Assembly: GCA_964016885.1 (NCBI GenBank)
Contig: OZ024751.1
Location: 53,196,001 to 53,260,000 of the forward strand
Length of the DNA: 64,000 nucleotides
Direction of reading: 5' to 3'
From: Eledone cirrhosa
Lineage: Eukaryota
Below the pieces are notes generated by a model that searched no databases, was not told the origin of the DNA, and worked only from the letters and a program-made list of their open reading frames with translations. The position numbers and the translations under genes are program-made. Each line of letters starts with the position of its first letter. Positions within the stretch are counted from its first letter, which is position 1. Of the stretch, positions 40,928 through 55,746 are shown piece after piece.

Positions 40928-42240
40928 TAGCAACTAACAGCGCTGCGATTGAATGTGGCTTTTTAGCCCAGCCAATGATCTAAAATGTCTTGCACAGAGT
41001 CGGCAACCAAAACATTTACTGGGAATAGTCGGCTGTGGTTGGAGTTCGTGTACTTTTGCATGTCGCTTGAGCCCTCCTGCTGATTTACATTCTCTACCAC
41101 ATGTTTGGCAAGCATGATGAGTAGCATCTCCAACAGCAGCCTGGTAGTCAACCACTGGTCTTACTTTATGACTGCGAAGATGACTTTTGAGTCCAGCTTT
41201 GCTTAGGCAGAGTCTCGCACATACGCACCATAGGAGGACCCTCGCCGTCTGGAAGTGCAACAGCAATGCGCTTCCTCACATCCCGCTTTACTTTCTCGTA
41301 TGCGATTCGAGATGCCTCAAAGGCAACTTTTCCCTCATATACAGTCTTTCTCCATTTATTAAGATCAGCAGCAATATTCTCCCATGTATCAGAAGAGATG
41401 TTAGCGTCTTTCAGAGAGGCTTTCAGGGAATCCTTATACCTCTTTTTTGGTTTATGTGGCGGTCGTTTTCCTTTAACCAACTCTCCATAAAAGAGTTGTT
41501 TTGGTATTCTAGAATCCTTCATCCTGGCAAGGTGACCACTCCAACGGAGTCGTTGCTTAAGCACAAGAGCTTCTATACTGTCACACATAGAGCTTTCCAA
41601 AATCTCGACATCACTGATGAACGCCATGGATCCGTCTGAGACACATCTGATGGAAACGCTTCAATTGCTTAAGGTGGTGTTGATATGTGACCCAGGTCTC
41701 GCAGGCATAAAGAAGACAAGAGAGCACACATGCCCTGTACACCTTTACCTTTGTCCTCCTGCATATGTCTCGCCGACCCCAGAGTCGCCTTTCTAGCTTT
41801 CCGAAAGCATCACTTGCTTTCCTAATCCTAAGTGAGATTTCACTGTCAAGGTTGCTGTATCGATTGACAGTGCTTCCCAGGTAGACAAACTGATCAACCA
41901 CTCCAAGTCGTTTGCCATACACATAGATGTTTGGTTCAGTGTACTGCCTATCAGAGGCAGGTTGGTACATGACGACGGTTTTCTTGAGACTGACAGTCAG
42001 ACCTAGGGCAGTGCAAGCGTCAGAAAATGCATTCAAAATGTGCTGCATATCACTCTCTGTGTGCGCTACAACATCGCAATCATCTGCATACAAGAGGTCT
42101 CTTATGATTGATGTAAATACTTTTGTCTTCGCAGCAAAGCGCCTGATGTTAAATATGCCTGATGTTAAATATGCTGTTAAATATGCTGAGGTTCGATATC
42201 GGATGTAAACATCATGCTCGCAATTCCTGAATGCAATACA
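38577..42240 (-). mobile_element. 5'-truncated copy of the 28391-32608 RTE, interrupted by a Dong element
   Basis: Near-identical protein from CIAFRNCEH to SQRC with several indels; 3' UTR split at about 38640/40653. Confidence 0.9.
38641..40578 (+). CDS. R4/Dong-clade RT-CCHC-RLE, 5'-truncated but open frame
   Basis: EQKGCR...[41 protein letters not shown]...[30 protein letters not shown]; element continues to about 40652 with (AAT)n on both flanks. Confidence 0.9.
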   Translation: MSVMWKLLTSIVSEEIYHHLHTNNLLPDEQKGCRKKSRGTKDQLLIDKMIMGNCRRRHTDLAMGWIDYRKAFDMVPHSWITKSLEIFRVADNIRQLLGRSMGSWETELTSTGVSLGSVKIKRGIFQGDSLSPLLFVLALMPLTIMLRKVRAGYKLGKGELTINHLLFMDDLKLFGKSEKELDVLVDTVRIFSSDICMQFGISKCGVIVMRRGRLSRSNGIQIPTGEMIKEIDSEEGYKYLGVLEADGIKNKKMKELLRTEYIRRVGSVLKSHLNSRNAISAVNSRAVSIIRYSAGILRWNVAEQKEMDRKTRKLLTIYNMFHNRSDVDRLYLRRSEGGRGLISIEDCVQMEKNNLYKYVTYSKEPMLRTVLKEGTVGQGMSKEEITSRRKSSLKGKSLHSTFFEKTEFRDPQTWNWLRRGDLKKATEGMLMAAQEQALKTKWLKHHIYKEQASPLCRICGEREETVAHIVSECKKLAQTHYKGWRHDVMGKVIHWHLCKVNNLPHSEKWYEHKPEAVMENDQVKVLCDFRIQTDKKLEHNRPDLVVVDKEKRSCLIVDVACPFDTRVQEKEREKINRYQDLKWEVKRIWNCHEVKVIPIVIGALGTISKSFQGWLKKIGPFTLFGTLQKACLLGTARTLRYVLNI

Positions 42241-42489
42241 TACATACATACATACATACATACATACATACATACATACATACATGCATACATACATACA
42301 TGCATACATACATACATACATACATACATACATACATACATACATACATACATACATGCATGCATCCATCCATCCATACATACATACATATACATACATG
42401 CATACATACATGCATGCATGCATACATACATACATACACACACACATACATACATGCATACATACATGCATGCATACATATATACATAC

Positions 42490-42520
<31 letters not shown>

Positions 42521-42539
42521 CATACATACATACATACAT

Positions 42540-42948
42540 GGTGGCTGCCAACTAGCTTTCGAGTACGGCCACTACTTTATATCCATGTAGGAGAACCCCT
42601 ACCGATGCGCTGAACGTGTGACCCTTCAGCCCAGCCAGCGACTTGAAAACTCTGGTATAAACACTATACTTGTGACAATTATTGACACATAGTTCTGGGC
42701 CCATGGTACCATGTGACAACAAGTGCAGAGAGATCTCCAGATATAAAGCAATGCCTGTGCCATGAAGCTTTTATAGTGAGCAAAGGCACTGCACAAAGCC
42801 AGTCCCACTCTCTTAACCAAGATGATATTTACCAAAAAGAAGAACAAGTCAACATCATTGGGTACCATCAGGGTTGCAGGTGTTATATCAGAGTTTTCCT
42901 TCTCCTAGAATTCTGCCTTGACAAAGGCTAAAGGGTCATCTCTCCCGG
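42540..42948 (-). mobile_element. Non-autonomous bipartite RTE derivative, copy 4 (short form)
   Basis: Reverse complement of copy 2 with essentially the same 5' start; (CATA)n on both sides. Confidence 0.8.
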
Positions 42949-43040
42949 ACATACATGCATGCATACATACATACATACATACATACATACATACATACAT
43001 ACATACATACATACATACATACATACATACATACATACAT

Positions 43041-45799
43041 AAAAGATTCAGACGAAACCAAACATCAGTCTATAGAGATATGAAGGGCAAAATAATAAGT
43101 GTCACTCAGGCCCCATCCCAGAAAGACATAGATTCCTTTTGGAGAAAAATATAGGGTGAAAAGAAGAATTTCAACCAAGATGCAGTGTGGCTAAGAGAAA
43201 TCCGAAAGAACTATTGCTCTTACACTACAACAAAAACATACGAAATAAGTGAGGGTACCCTTGAGACTGTGATAGGAAAACTCCAAGATAAGAAAACACC
43301 AGGAAGAGACATGATTGTCGGCTACTGGTACAAAAAACTAATATTCTATCGGGGGCATCTTACTGACCTCTACCAACAAGTTCTTAAGGGAGATACACTT
43401 ATACCAGAATGGTTGACATTAGCACAAACGTTACTGGTCCCCAAGAACAAAGACACCCACTTGGCAAAAAACTACCGATTCATTGCATGCCAGAACCTGA
43501 TGTTTAAGATGTATACAGCCTGCCTCAACCTATTCCTCCAAGATCACTGTGAAAATAATAACATCATCACAGATGAACAAGCAACTGGAAAGAAAAGGGT
43601 TTGGGGATGTGCTGAACAACTCCTAATCAACAAAACTGCGATGTCGGAGGTGCGACAACTTAGGAGGAATATGACTACAGTCTGGCTGGACTACAAGAAA
43701 GCTTTCGATTCTGTTCCCCACTCTTGGTTGATAGAGGCCCTCCAGCTTGCTAAAGTCCCAGACATTATTGTCAGAACGATAGAGAGGCTGTATTCTTCTT
43801 GGGCTACTATCCTAAGGTTAAAGACAGAGAGGGAGGACTCTATTTTCACTGATAAAATAAAATATTGCAGGGGTATATTTCAGGTGGACAGTCTCTCTGT
43901 GATATTGTTCATCTTGTCATTAAACCCCTTGTCCTTTCTGCTCAAGAAATGTGAGGGATACATCATTGGCTCACAGGAGGACAGAAATATGAACCTAACC
44001 CATAACTTCTTTGTGGACGATCTGAAACTCTATGCCAAGAACATGGATGGGATGAAGAAAAATCTTGACCTGGTTACAACGTTCTCAAAGGATATAGGAA
44101 TGGAGTTTGGCCAAGATAAATGCTCATACATGACTGTAAAGCGGGGAAAAACAACAACCCAATCTAGCAACATTGTCATCAATGGTCTAACTGTTTCACC
44201 GATATCAGATGAGGACTGCTACAGATACCTGGGGATAGATGAGAACATATCCTTTAATGGTATCTGTAATAAAGAACGCGTAACCAGGGAATACTACACT
44301 CGATTAAGAAAGATCTGGTCATCGGAACTCTCTGCGCAAAACAAAACAGTGGCTCACAATGTGTTTGCTGTGCCTGTCATAACACCAACGTTTGGAATAC
44401 TCAATTGGACGATAGACGAAATCCGAGCAGTTGATGTTGGAACTCGAAAAATACTGAACAACACCGGAAACTTCCACATCAACAGTGACATAGACCGCCT
44501 TTACTTGAAACGTAAGCAGGGAGGCAGAGGCCTAACATCAGTCCAGACAACATTTGAATGTCGCATCATATCTCTCCGACAACATCTACGAACCTCGAAG
44601 CGTAGGAGCCCGCTTCTCGAGCAAGTCTATCTGCATGAAACAGATAAGATCATGAGAGTTGGGAAGGAACTCCTTGAGAGATATTCCCTGTGTGATAATC
44701 AAAAACTCACACCCAGGGATGTCGCTCAGCAGTATCGCAGTGAATCCATGGATGAAAAACTGCATGCCTATCAGCAAAAAATCATGCATGGATATTGTTG
44801 CCAGGAAGCTCCAGAGTGAGAGTAATATAGATAAGGAAAGTAGTCTATCTTGGACCAACAACCGCTATATTGGCTCCCACTTTGAAGGATACGCTTTTGC
44901 AATCCAAGAACAGGAGATTAGCACGAAATACCTGATTCACAAAAGAGATAGGGATGCAGGCAAAACACCTAGATGTGATAACAAGTGCAGACTCTGCAGA
45001 ACTAACATCGAGGATATCACCCATGTCATCAGCAGCTGCCCAAAGATGTCATCGCGGTACTATCTACCTATGAGGCATGATGTAGTGGCCAAAACACTGT
45101 ACAATGCAGTTCGTAAAAAAGATAGCCCCGATAATAAACACATTAAAAGCTACAACAATGTGGAAGACATCCATGTACATAATATGAAAGAGTACTGGTG
45201 GAATGTTCCAGTAAAAACCCCAATAAAATGCAGGCATAACAGACCAGATATTATGATATGGGACAGGGAGAAGGAAACATGCACAGTAGTGGAAATTAGC
45301 TGCCCAGCAGATGCCAATATAATATCAAAGATTAGTGAAAAGGAGAATATTTATGCAGAACTGATGAGAAATCTGCAGATACTCCACCCTGATTACACCT
45401 TCAGATTTATGCCTGTGATTATTGGGGCACTGGGATATGTTAGTAACTGCCTCAATACAAATCTTGAGAAGCTAGGTTTCACAGGAACAGAAAGAACACA
45501 ACTAGTTAGGAAGTTACAAGTACAATTCATTAATGGAACAGTAAAAATATGTAAAACATTCCAAAGTGTTTGCATCTAATAACTGCATATACACATGTAC
45601 AGATACAAAGCATATACACATGCACACATACAACTCAAAACATACACATCCACACATACAATAACATCCATATCTACACATGTATGCATGCAGACATACA
45701 TACATATCTACCTAGTTGATGTTGTGTAAATTCCAATGAGAGAGTCTTGTGTCTATTGTTAGAAACCGACTCTTTGTGAAATTATAAAACCAGAAGAAC
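43041..45799 (+). pseudogene. R4/Dong-clade element (third family), 5'-truncated, in (CATA)n
   Basis: WLDYKKAFDSVPH, GIFQVDSLS, FFVDDLKLY, YRYLG, CRLC...EDITHVISSC, RHD, HNRPD, VEISCP; stop at 43152 and frameshift near 44800; ORF ends at 45579. Confidence 0.9.
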
Positions 45800-46121
45800 A
45801 CACATACATACATGCATACATACATGCATACATACATACATATATACACACATACATACATACATACCTCACGCCATTGAAGACCTTCAATCTCATTCAC
45901 CAATGGTGTGCAGGATGATTGAAACCTCAACGTTCATCATATTTACTCATACACGCTCTGTTTAATTCATGATAAAACTCTCAAGGTTTTGTTCCTTTGT
46001 ATTTTTGTTGTTTTCGTGCTCAACTCTTTTTAGAACATCACACCACATATTGTTAAATGCCCTAGTTAACTGTCATATATATATATGTATGTGTGTACGA
46101 ATGTGTGTATGTATGTTTGTA

Positions 46122-46154
<33 letters not shown>

Positions 46155-46161
46155 GGGTATG

Positions 46162-46198
<37 letters not shown>

Positions 46199-46242
46199 GT
46201 ATATATACATTCATATATATGAATGTATATATATATACATAC

Positions 46243-46318
<76 letters not shown>

Positions 46319-46319
46319 G

Positions 46320-46395
<76 letters not shown>

Positions 46396-46490
46396 TCTTT
46401 ATTAGCCACAGGGGCACAAAAGAAGGGGACATATATATAGAGAGAGATAGATAAATATACACGGGTGTGTATGATTGTATATAGAAGATT

Positions 46491-46854
46491 ATATTAATAA
46501 GAGGAATTCCAACTTTGTCTGATTTACTCGTTTTATTTACAATCCTTTAAAATTTATAATGGCATTATAATGAAATAGTATGATAGAATATTAAATTCTA
46601 AGTGTTAATTGAACAAGTACGTTCATGCTTTCGCAATCTTCAGGTTCATAATATGTGGTGACAGTCTGAAAATTGCAAACTTGACTGTCACCACATATTA
46701 TGAACCTGAAGATTGCGAAACCATGAAAGTACTTGTTCAAATAACACTTAGAATTTAATATTCTATCATACTATTTCATTATAATACCATTATAAATTTT
46801 AAAGGATTGTAAATAAAACGAGTAAATCAGACAAAGTTGGAATTCCTCTTATTA

Positions 46855-46858
<4 letters not shown>
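46491..46858. repeat. Fold-back palindrome (176-bp arms, 16-nt spacer) with two hammerheads (46610-46648 minus, 46701-46739 plus)
   Basis: Consensus of the arms: TGAAC-CTGAAGA-T-TGC-GAAA-GCA-T-GAAA-GTAC-TT-GTTCA. Confidence 0.85.
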
Positions 46859-46893
<35 letters not shown>

Positions 46894-47207
46894 CATACAT
46901 ACCCTTATATATCATCTTTCTTTACATGTGAAGATCTCGCTGGTGATTGCACAATTGCACAACAATCTTTGCATTTTCTTTTCCTTTCTTCTCTTTTTCA
47001 ATGACTGCACAGAGATACAGTGAAATATAAAATAAAAGAAACGAAAGAAACAAAGCCACGAAAGGCTCATTAAATCTACTTTACGAATATCTTCTCTGAT
47101 TTTTAAAAAATGACTTGCAATTTAATATATTTTTGACGCCCAACTGGTGAAGGGCAACGACCATGTTTCAGGCGTATTTTATTAGATATTCTTAGATAAC
47201 CATATTC

Positions 47208-47246
<39 letters not shown>

Positions 47247-47249
<3 letters not shown>

Positions 47250-47340
47250 ATATCTGAAGATCCTTCGACTGAAGAGGCGGGTTCGATTTGTAACAGATCT
47301 TGCCTCTAGCTGATCGACTGACAAACATATGTAATATGTT
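47247..47340 (+). ncRNA. Long-stem-II hammerhead family copy
   Basis: AACATAT-CTGAAGA...AGAGGC...GCCTCT-AGCTGATCGA...(c)AAAC-ATAT-GTA-ATATGTT; G12 lost. A more decayed copy lies at 49712-49788. Confidence 0.55.
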
Positions 47341-47462
47341 AATAAATGTAAGATGATGCAACACTTATTCCTCGTTCTTTATAATATTATACTCTAGTCT
47401 GCGCGAGCATCAAGTGATCAACCGGCAAACTGCCTAGGGACGCATTTACCTTGCAACCCTAC

Positions 47463-47545
<83 letters not shown>

Positions 47546-48669
47546 GAGAGAGTGAGAGAGGCCATGCAAATTCCTGAGACAAGGGACAAGGTCCATATAC
47601 TTTAGATGTTAACGGTGCAGAATTGGGAGGAAAGCTTCTGATTTTCAAGGCCTTTACAAAAGCATTTGTGATTTAAAAGAAGTGATGCCAACTGACCACA
47701 GAGAGAAGATTATAGTCAAGTAATAAGAATCCAGTAAATGGCTTGTACTTCATTATAAAGTCCCTGAAGGGATGTTGTTAAAGTGTAAAACTGACCTCCG
47801 TGGGATTTGAACTAAAGAGCCGTAAGTAAGTACGAGAAAGCATTTTGTCGGACGCACTAACCAGGATTTGGTCAATCTACAATCGTAGAGCCGTAGTTCG
47901 AATATCATTGTTTAATATTTAAGAGAAAATCCGAGGAATTGCGCACAACGTACAGCGACAAATTATCTAAGTTGGTGACTTGTAACGTTGGAGGTAACTA
48001 TTACAAATAACTACCTTCTCTATTACACATCAACTACCACATGTTTACATATGTTTCTGTCTATATGTGTATATATATATGTATATGTGTATGTATATAT
48101 GTTTGTGTGTGTATATGTATATATGTATGTATGTGTGTGTGTGTATTTATTCTTTACCCTCTTACTAATCGCAGGTGATGTTTATTAGTCTCCACTAATT
48201 GGTTTTAGTCAACCAACTAGTTAATTTGACTATTAACATCACAAGACAAGAACAGAACATCTTGTTACATTGCCAACTTTCAGTACGTATGTATGTGTCT
48301 TTCTTACTCAATACAGACAAACACAACTAATTTTCTCTCTGTAAGAACCAGTGATTGGCTATTTGGAAACTGGTAACCAACGACGCTATTGTTCACAAAA
48401 TAACATTAAAAATATACTTGAATATAAAGACACACACATACAGATACGCACAGACACACACAGACACAGGTACACACACACACACATATATCGTAGTGTT
48501 CATCGTCATTGTCGTCGTTGTTGTATTTGTTGTTGTTTAACTCAAGATCAACTTTGATCGAGACCGTTCTTTGATCAAAGTCGTCTATAAACGTCCACGA
48601 CCAAAGACGTGCCAGTTATGACCATCGAGTCTTTTACTCTGGCATGTCTTATTTCTAACTATATTATAT

Positions 48670-48991
48670 AAATACCACTTCAAAAGGAAGGTGAGAGAGA
48701 GAGGTGCTGCACCCCAGTAAATTCGCTGAAAGGTGGGTGAATGTGGTGAAAATGGCCCGAGTGAATAAGGCTTTCTCTGTATATAAACCCGTAAGTTGAA
48801 GAAAAGCAAAGCGGGATCCTGGTGTTGAGGGTTGTTCTATTTACGGGGTGTAAAACAAACCCACTGTTACGTTCCCTACTATTGGGGATTTCTATTGTTC
48901 ATTTAAACTGTTAAAATTGTTTACACGATTATTTGTAAAACCACCGTCTTGTAATGTCCCATTTCTTGTGCGCCCTTGTGGCAAATAAAGA
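48670..48991 (+). mobile_element. LINE 3' end, probable Tx1/L1 family A
   Basis: Decayed coding end (YHFKRKVR..., ERWVN..KMARV) and 3' UTR ending CCCTTGTGGCAAATAAAGA; homologous to the 60.3-60.8 kb and 62.3-62.8 kb copies. Confidence 0.55.
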
Positions 48992-51042
48992 CATCTATAT
49001 TATATAACTCGTACGTCTTTCGTTAAGTTCCAGAGAGATTTGGCTGTTATCGGCTGGATTGTTTGAAAGATTGATTAAATGTCTCTTAATTGTTCGGGTT
49101 TTTTTAGTTCAAATCTCATTTAGGTCGCTTTTGTCTTTTATCATTTCTTTGACTTAACCAATATATATTATAAAAAAGGGCGAGTGACATACTTTCTGGT
49201 TGACTTAATACACGGCCGTCGTACAGAAATTTGCAGGATAATAACGGTGGTAAACACAAAAACACTAATTTATAGACAAAGGGAAATCTATAATGGATTG
49301 AATCGATGCCAGTATAATGATCTCCATTCGAGCAAAGAGCAATGTTAAATCAATTAGAATCGAACTGAAATCATAGGTGATTGAAACTAAATACCTTTAA
49401 CCACTTAGTTCGATATCCACCTGTCTACTGAGTGTATTCAGTGAACCTGACAATGGTTTCTGATTTAGGCACAAGGCCAATAAATTTGGGGGAGGAGAAA
49501 GTCGAATAAATTGACCTCAGTGCGTTATTGGTACTTTATTTTAACGACCTTGTAAGGATGAAAGGCAAAGTTAACCTCAGCAGGATTTGAATTCAGAACG
49601 TAAAGGGCCGTAACTCTATGCCACAAAGCATGTTATTCGACGCTCTGCCAATCCGCTACCCTGGTGCACCTGATAATAATAAACGGCAGTTGTTTAGTTC
49701 TACATGTTAACACATATCAAAGGAGCTTCCGATTCCAGAGTCAGGTTCGTTCCTCGAGCTGATCGACAATGGAACATATGTAATAGGTAATTAAATTTGT
49801 ATATGATGCAACACTGATTCTTTGTTCCCTTTATGTGTGTGTGAGTCTTTCTCTCTCTCTGTGCGTGTGTGTGTGTGTGAGTGAGAGAGTATGGTTAGAA
49901 TTAGATAAGTATGTGTACAAGAGGTATGTGTGTGTACAGGTAATAAGAGATAAGAGAGTATACGGTTATTGTGTATAGGTATTGTGTATACAGGTAACAA
50001 GAGAATATATAGGTACTAAGAGGGTGTATACAGGGTTAGGGTAGATGTAGATAGATAGACAATGCCTCAATACTCAGCTACGTCGACTTTTGTTTATAAA
50101 AGTTTCACCAAACAAATCAGACCAATTTCATTTCTCAAATTACAATTCTAACCCAGAAAACATTGTTTTGGTCCATTTTTAATTACTTCTCTCCTTCACC
50201 CTCTCCCTCTCTTTTGCTGTCCCTTCCCTCTCTCTGTTTCTCTCCTTCACCCTCTCCCTCTCTTTTGCTGTCCCCCTCTCTCTTTCTCCTTCTCCCCCTC
50301 TCTCACACAGACACACATACACACACAAACATACTAATTAACTATTGACTACATCAATGTATATCAAAGAAGAGACTAAATAGGGAAAATAAAGCAACAA
50401 ATATGTAACGTAGGGAAGGAAAGAAAGAAAGAAAGAAAGAATGAAAGAAAGAAAGGAAAGACAAGAATGAAAAAAAAAACCAATATAAATATCGAAACAA
50501 AACCAGTAATCAATACATCTATATATATCTATTCATAGGTTTAGTTAAAATTATATAGGAGCGTGTTTAAATATAAGATGAGGCCGAAGGGTATAAGTAT
50601 ATTTGTAATAACTTTATTTATACAGAAATGGTGGTTTGATTGAAATAAGCTTCGTTATTGAATTTCAGCTTTTATCTTTGTGGTTTTTTTGTGTCTTTTG
50701 GGGTTTTATTGTCTGTTTCCATCGCTGTTTGTTTATAGTTCTTGATAATTCAGACACTGGTATAATTTCATTAATAAATCCTCCGCCAAAGGCAGAGAAG
50801 AGAGGAAGTAGAAACATCTTTGTATTAGGTTAATAACGCAGCTGTATAATTATTATTTACATGTTGATGTTGTTTATTTAAAATACATTAATGGTTATAT
50901 AAGGCCGGTGGATTGGCAGTATCGGTAGAGCGTCGGACATTATGCTTTGTGGCATAGAGTTCAAATCATGCCGTTAGCTTTGTCTTTCATCCTTACGGGG
51001 TCGATAAAGTAAAGTACCAGTAATGCACTGAGGTAGTTTAAT

Positions 51043-51078
<36 letters not shown>

Positions 51079-51495
51079 TTCTATCTTTCTCTAGAAGAAA
51101 TCTGCTGTACTCAGACCTGGAGAGGGATGAGCTCCGCCAGGCTTAAAATGCTCAAGAAACGCCGATGGTCAATACGGTTCCCTTACGACAATTATTATAG
51201 AATTAGCTATAGTCGTATCTGAAAATAGGTATATAAATTATAAACCATTGATAATGATGTAGTAGCTACAACTATTTTCAGTCCCCTCCCCTATACTTTC
51301 ATTGCAATGGGGGTGAATAGTTGGGAGTGGGGATGAACATACAGTATTTAATGATAGAGTTATTGTTGTAATGAGGGGTTGATATTAGCAATGGTAAATT
51401 GATGATTTCCAATTATACGTCATACATACACGCATACATACATACATACATACATACATACATACATACATACATACATACATACATACATACAT

Positions 51496-51528
<33 letters not shown>

Positions 51529-52032
51529 TCCGATGTTATGACTTTACTTAGCTGGCTGGCCGGATAGAGATCAACAAAACAACAAAAACGACATATTATT
51601 CTATTACGTGTTCCAGCCGACAGGCTGAGGCCTAGCTGGGGCACCGCAATATATGTACATACGTATATATTAGGTAGGAATCGAAGTTGTTGCTGCTATA
51701 TAGCAGGCACTACTTGAGTTGTTTGAGGCAATCACAAAGCACTCGATAGAGCAATTATGTTAATACATTACCGCCCAGAGTAAACACGGCGGTTAAAAAG
51801 TGTGACACCAAGAAAAACGACCGAAGGCATTCGCCATACATATACCACAACAACGATAAATACAGAAAGATATATAGTATAATTAAAATGTCATACACTT
51901 AACATGTATTTCGTGGTCCAGTTATGTCCACCAATACTAAATTTACTTTTACAAAAGTAGAATTGATTCAATCGTTTGAAAAGAATGTCTTTCAAACGAC
52001 AGTTCTTCTCGCATACAATTCATTTCTATATG

Positions 52033-52104
<72 letters not shown>

Positions 52105-52115
52105 CATATATACAT

Positions 52116-52187
<72 letters not shown>

Positions 52188-52311
52188 AAATGTGTGAAAT
52201 CCTTGTTACAGTTACCTATATTTGAAAAAAGGAAAAGAATGACTTCACTTGTAGTTCTAAACAATTTGATTTAATTTTATAATATTATAATATTACGAGT
52301 TGGTAGATCTA

Positions 52312-52344
<33 letters not shown>

Positions 52345-52350
<6 letters not shown>

Positions 52351-52519
52351 AATATTTATAAAACAAACTTTGTAATTTATCTGATGAGAGCGTACCGAAG
52401 TTTTGGTACCCTTGAAATATATATAATAGAATAAATATGGTTTTATAAATATAGTATTCCATTTATTTAATATCAGAAAACCTGTCGATTGCTTCGAATC
52501 AGTTATAAACATATATTTG

Positions 52520-52520
<1 letters not shown>
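52345..52520 (+). mobile_element. Single-arm copy of the 37.6/53.5 kb repeat with a hammerhead at 52377-52426
   Basis: TTAT-CTGATGA-GAG-C-GTACCGAA-g-TTTTGGTAC-C-CTT-GAAA-TATA-T-ATAA. Confidence 0.7.
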
Positions 52521-52563
<43 letters not shown>

Positions 52564-52736
52564 TATAAGAACAAAACGAGGTTGTCTGTATTGATTATAC
52601 ACAGTGACTCAGGATCCATGGTAAATGTTACAGACTCGACTCCAGCCCAAATCTGCTCATCAGACTTGTTAATCAAGCAAAATCAAAATCTCTTGGTACC
52701 TCCCTCAGTAAACCACGAATCTACTGAACTACCCAA

Positions 52737-52774
<38 letters not shown>

Positions 52775-52854
52775 CCTATATATATGTATATGAACGCGAA
52801 ACGTTACAGACATTTCTATACTTTATATGTTCATTCTGTCATTACAACAACAGA

Positions 52855-52930
52855 GGTCTGACGAGCTTTTGATTCCAGAGTCGGGCCAGATCGAACCTTA
52901 AGCTGATCAAATAGCAAAACGCGCGTCACC
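52855..52930 (+). ncRNA. Long-stem-II hammerhead family, best-preserved copy
   Basis: GGT-CTGACGA-GCT-TTTGAT...ATCAAA-T-AGC-(A)AAAC-GCGC-GTC-ACC; single G12-to-A change at a CpG. Confidence 0.65.
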
Positions 52931-52972
52931 AATCATTAAACGTAATGAAGGCTTAACAAATCGTCCTTGTAT

Positions 52973-53047
<75 letters not shown>

Positions 53048-53056
<9 letters not shown>

Positions 53057-53190
53057 GAAAACGAAAAATCAGTGATGCATCTGGAGTTGTTTCGCCGGCA
53101 TGTAGCTCGAGCTACATGCCGGCGAAACATTTGTAACACGAAATAAACTGAGTCCAGATGCATCACTGATTTTTCGATTTCTTTCTAATA
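53048..53190. repeat. Fold-back palindrome centred on a hammerhead-like stem II
   Basis: Perfect 42-bp core 53088-53129 (TGTTTC-GCCGGCATGTAGCTC|GAGCTACATGCCGGC-GAAACA), then TT-TG-TA; outer arms about 38 bp. Confidence 0.8.
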
Positions 53191-53259
53191 TATACATTCT
53201 AATCTGATGAATATCGAGTGCATACCGCCTATGGAAGCACCATAGCTACCACTATACAC

Positions 53260-53309
<50 letters not shown>

Positions 53310-53335
53310 TTCATATATATATTTTATATCTCTCG

Positions 53336-53429
<94 letters not shown>

Positions 53430-53476
53430 TTTATCTCTCTCTCTATATATATATATAAATATATATATATATTATA

Positions 53477-53848
53477 TACGATATTAAATAAATGGAAACT
53501 ATATTTATAAAACCATATTTATTTCATTATATATATTTCAGGGATATCATATTAAAAATATGGTATGCCTTCATCAGACAAAATACAATATAAACAGTCT
53601 TATAAATAGATAGATTTGACATACCTTACAACTTCAACTTCCATTTAAAAAGTTGATTTGGTACCAAATCAACTTTTTAAATGGAAGTTGAAGTTGTAAG
53701 GTATGTCAAATCTATCTATTTATAAGACTGTTTATATTGTATTTTGTCTGATGAAGACATACCATATTTTTAATATGATATCCCTGAAATATATATAATG
53801 AAATAAATATGGTTTTATAAATATAGTTTCCATTTATTTAATATCGTA
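53477..53848. repeat. Near-perfect 372-bp spacerless palindrome with two hammerheads
   Basis: Centre GGT|ACC at 53662/53663; plus-strand CTGATGA at 53748 and GAAA at 53786; the repeat continues to about 53930, matching 37516-37595 in reverse. Confidence 0.88.
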
Positions 53849-53955
53849 AATATACTCCAAATACTTGTTAAGTGCTTTTATATCAGTTATAAATATTTAC
53901 TCGTTGTAACCCAACAATTTAAATAAAACTTTGCATATATATATTATATATATAT

Positions 53956-53989
<34 letters not shown>

Positions 53990-54062
53990 GATAAAATAAA
54001 TATATATTTTATATATATATATATTTTATCTATCTATCTATCTATTTATCTATCTATCTATA

Positions 54063-54105
<43 letters not shown>

Positions 54106-54223
54106 ATATATATACTAAGGTTTTTCTAACCTACGTTTAAGTTCTTGACGTTTTGATAGCAAACTGTTCATAAATATTAAGTTCTAAGTTGAATAATAGT
54201 GTTACTGGTTAAGGTCAGTAATA

Positions 54224-54347
<124 letters not shown>

Positions 54348-54966
54348 TCATAACCATGCATACATTTTTCTTCAAAATTATTTGCAAATCGTTGGCAGTG
54401 TTTTTCATTAGAAATATATACATTAACGAAAGGGTCAAAATGCTTATATTTATCTAAAACAAACTGGCATCAATGTTTGAGGTACGAGCCTTTGTTAGGT
54501 TATGTTCCAAACACCAGATAAATATTGAGAAAGTTGATAATATTACTAAATCTTTTCCAATTCTGGATTGTTTTCAAAATAATTTGAAAATGACAGGCAG
54601 TGTGTTTCATTAGAAATATGGTAAAGTAATGATTAAATCAATTTATTTTGATCGACTCTGTCTCCCCTTTACTAAAACACCTTGACTAAAACACTGACTA
54701 AAAATAAAATGGAAAATGTTTACATTTATGTCTTCCTGTATTGTTCGTATATGTCCTTTTAACATCGAACCAAACGTCAGCTAGTCTCAGCTCTCGTCTA
54801 AGCTATATTTATGTCGTTAGCTTAGAGTCAACCTCTCAAGATTTCAGATCAAGTATTCAAGAATCCATTGGCCGTGGTGACAAAGACAAAATACAGTTGA
54901 GATCGAGAATGTGCATGTGTGTGTGTGTGTGCACGTGTGTGTGCGTGTATATATATATATATACAC

Positions 54967-55026
<60 letters not shown>

Positions 55027-55105
55027 GTGTATATTTATATGTATATGTATATGTATATATATATATATATGTATATGTTTATATATATATATGTATGTGT
55101 GTATA

Positions 55106-55248
<143 letters not shown>

Positions 55249-55506
55249 CCCACAGAATGAAATCCAACCTCACTGTAAACAACTGTAAACAAACTGTATT
55301 ACAATAGCCATTATGTAGTTAGTCGTTGTTGTTTATAATAAGCTTGTCTTAATTACTGTAATATATGGCAGCTACAATGTTAAATTATTTCTCTCTAACA
55401 GTTTACCTATTTTTTTGTTGCTCAACTTATTTACCTGTATTAGGCAAATAAATAGATTTGCGTTTGTTTTACTTATTTCTTTTGTTATTTTGTGTTTGTG
55501 TGTGTG

Positions 55507-55553
<47 letters not shown>

Positions 55554-55676
55554 GTCTGTTTGTATGTCTGTGTCAGTGTATGTCTGTGTGTGTATCTGTG
55601 TCAGTGTATTTCTGTGTATGTCTCTCTGTCTGTGTCTGTGTGTCTGTGTCTGTGTGTCTGTGTCTGTGACAGTGTG

Positions 55677-55746
<70 letters not shown>

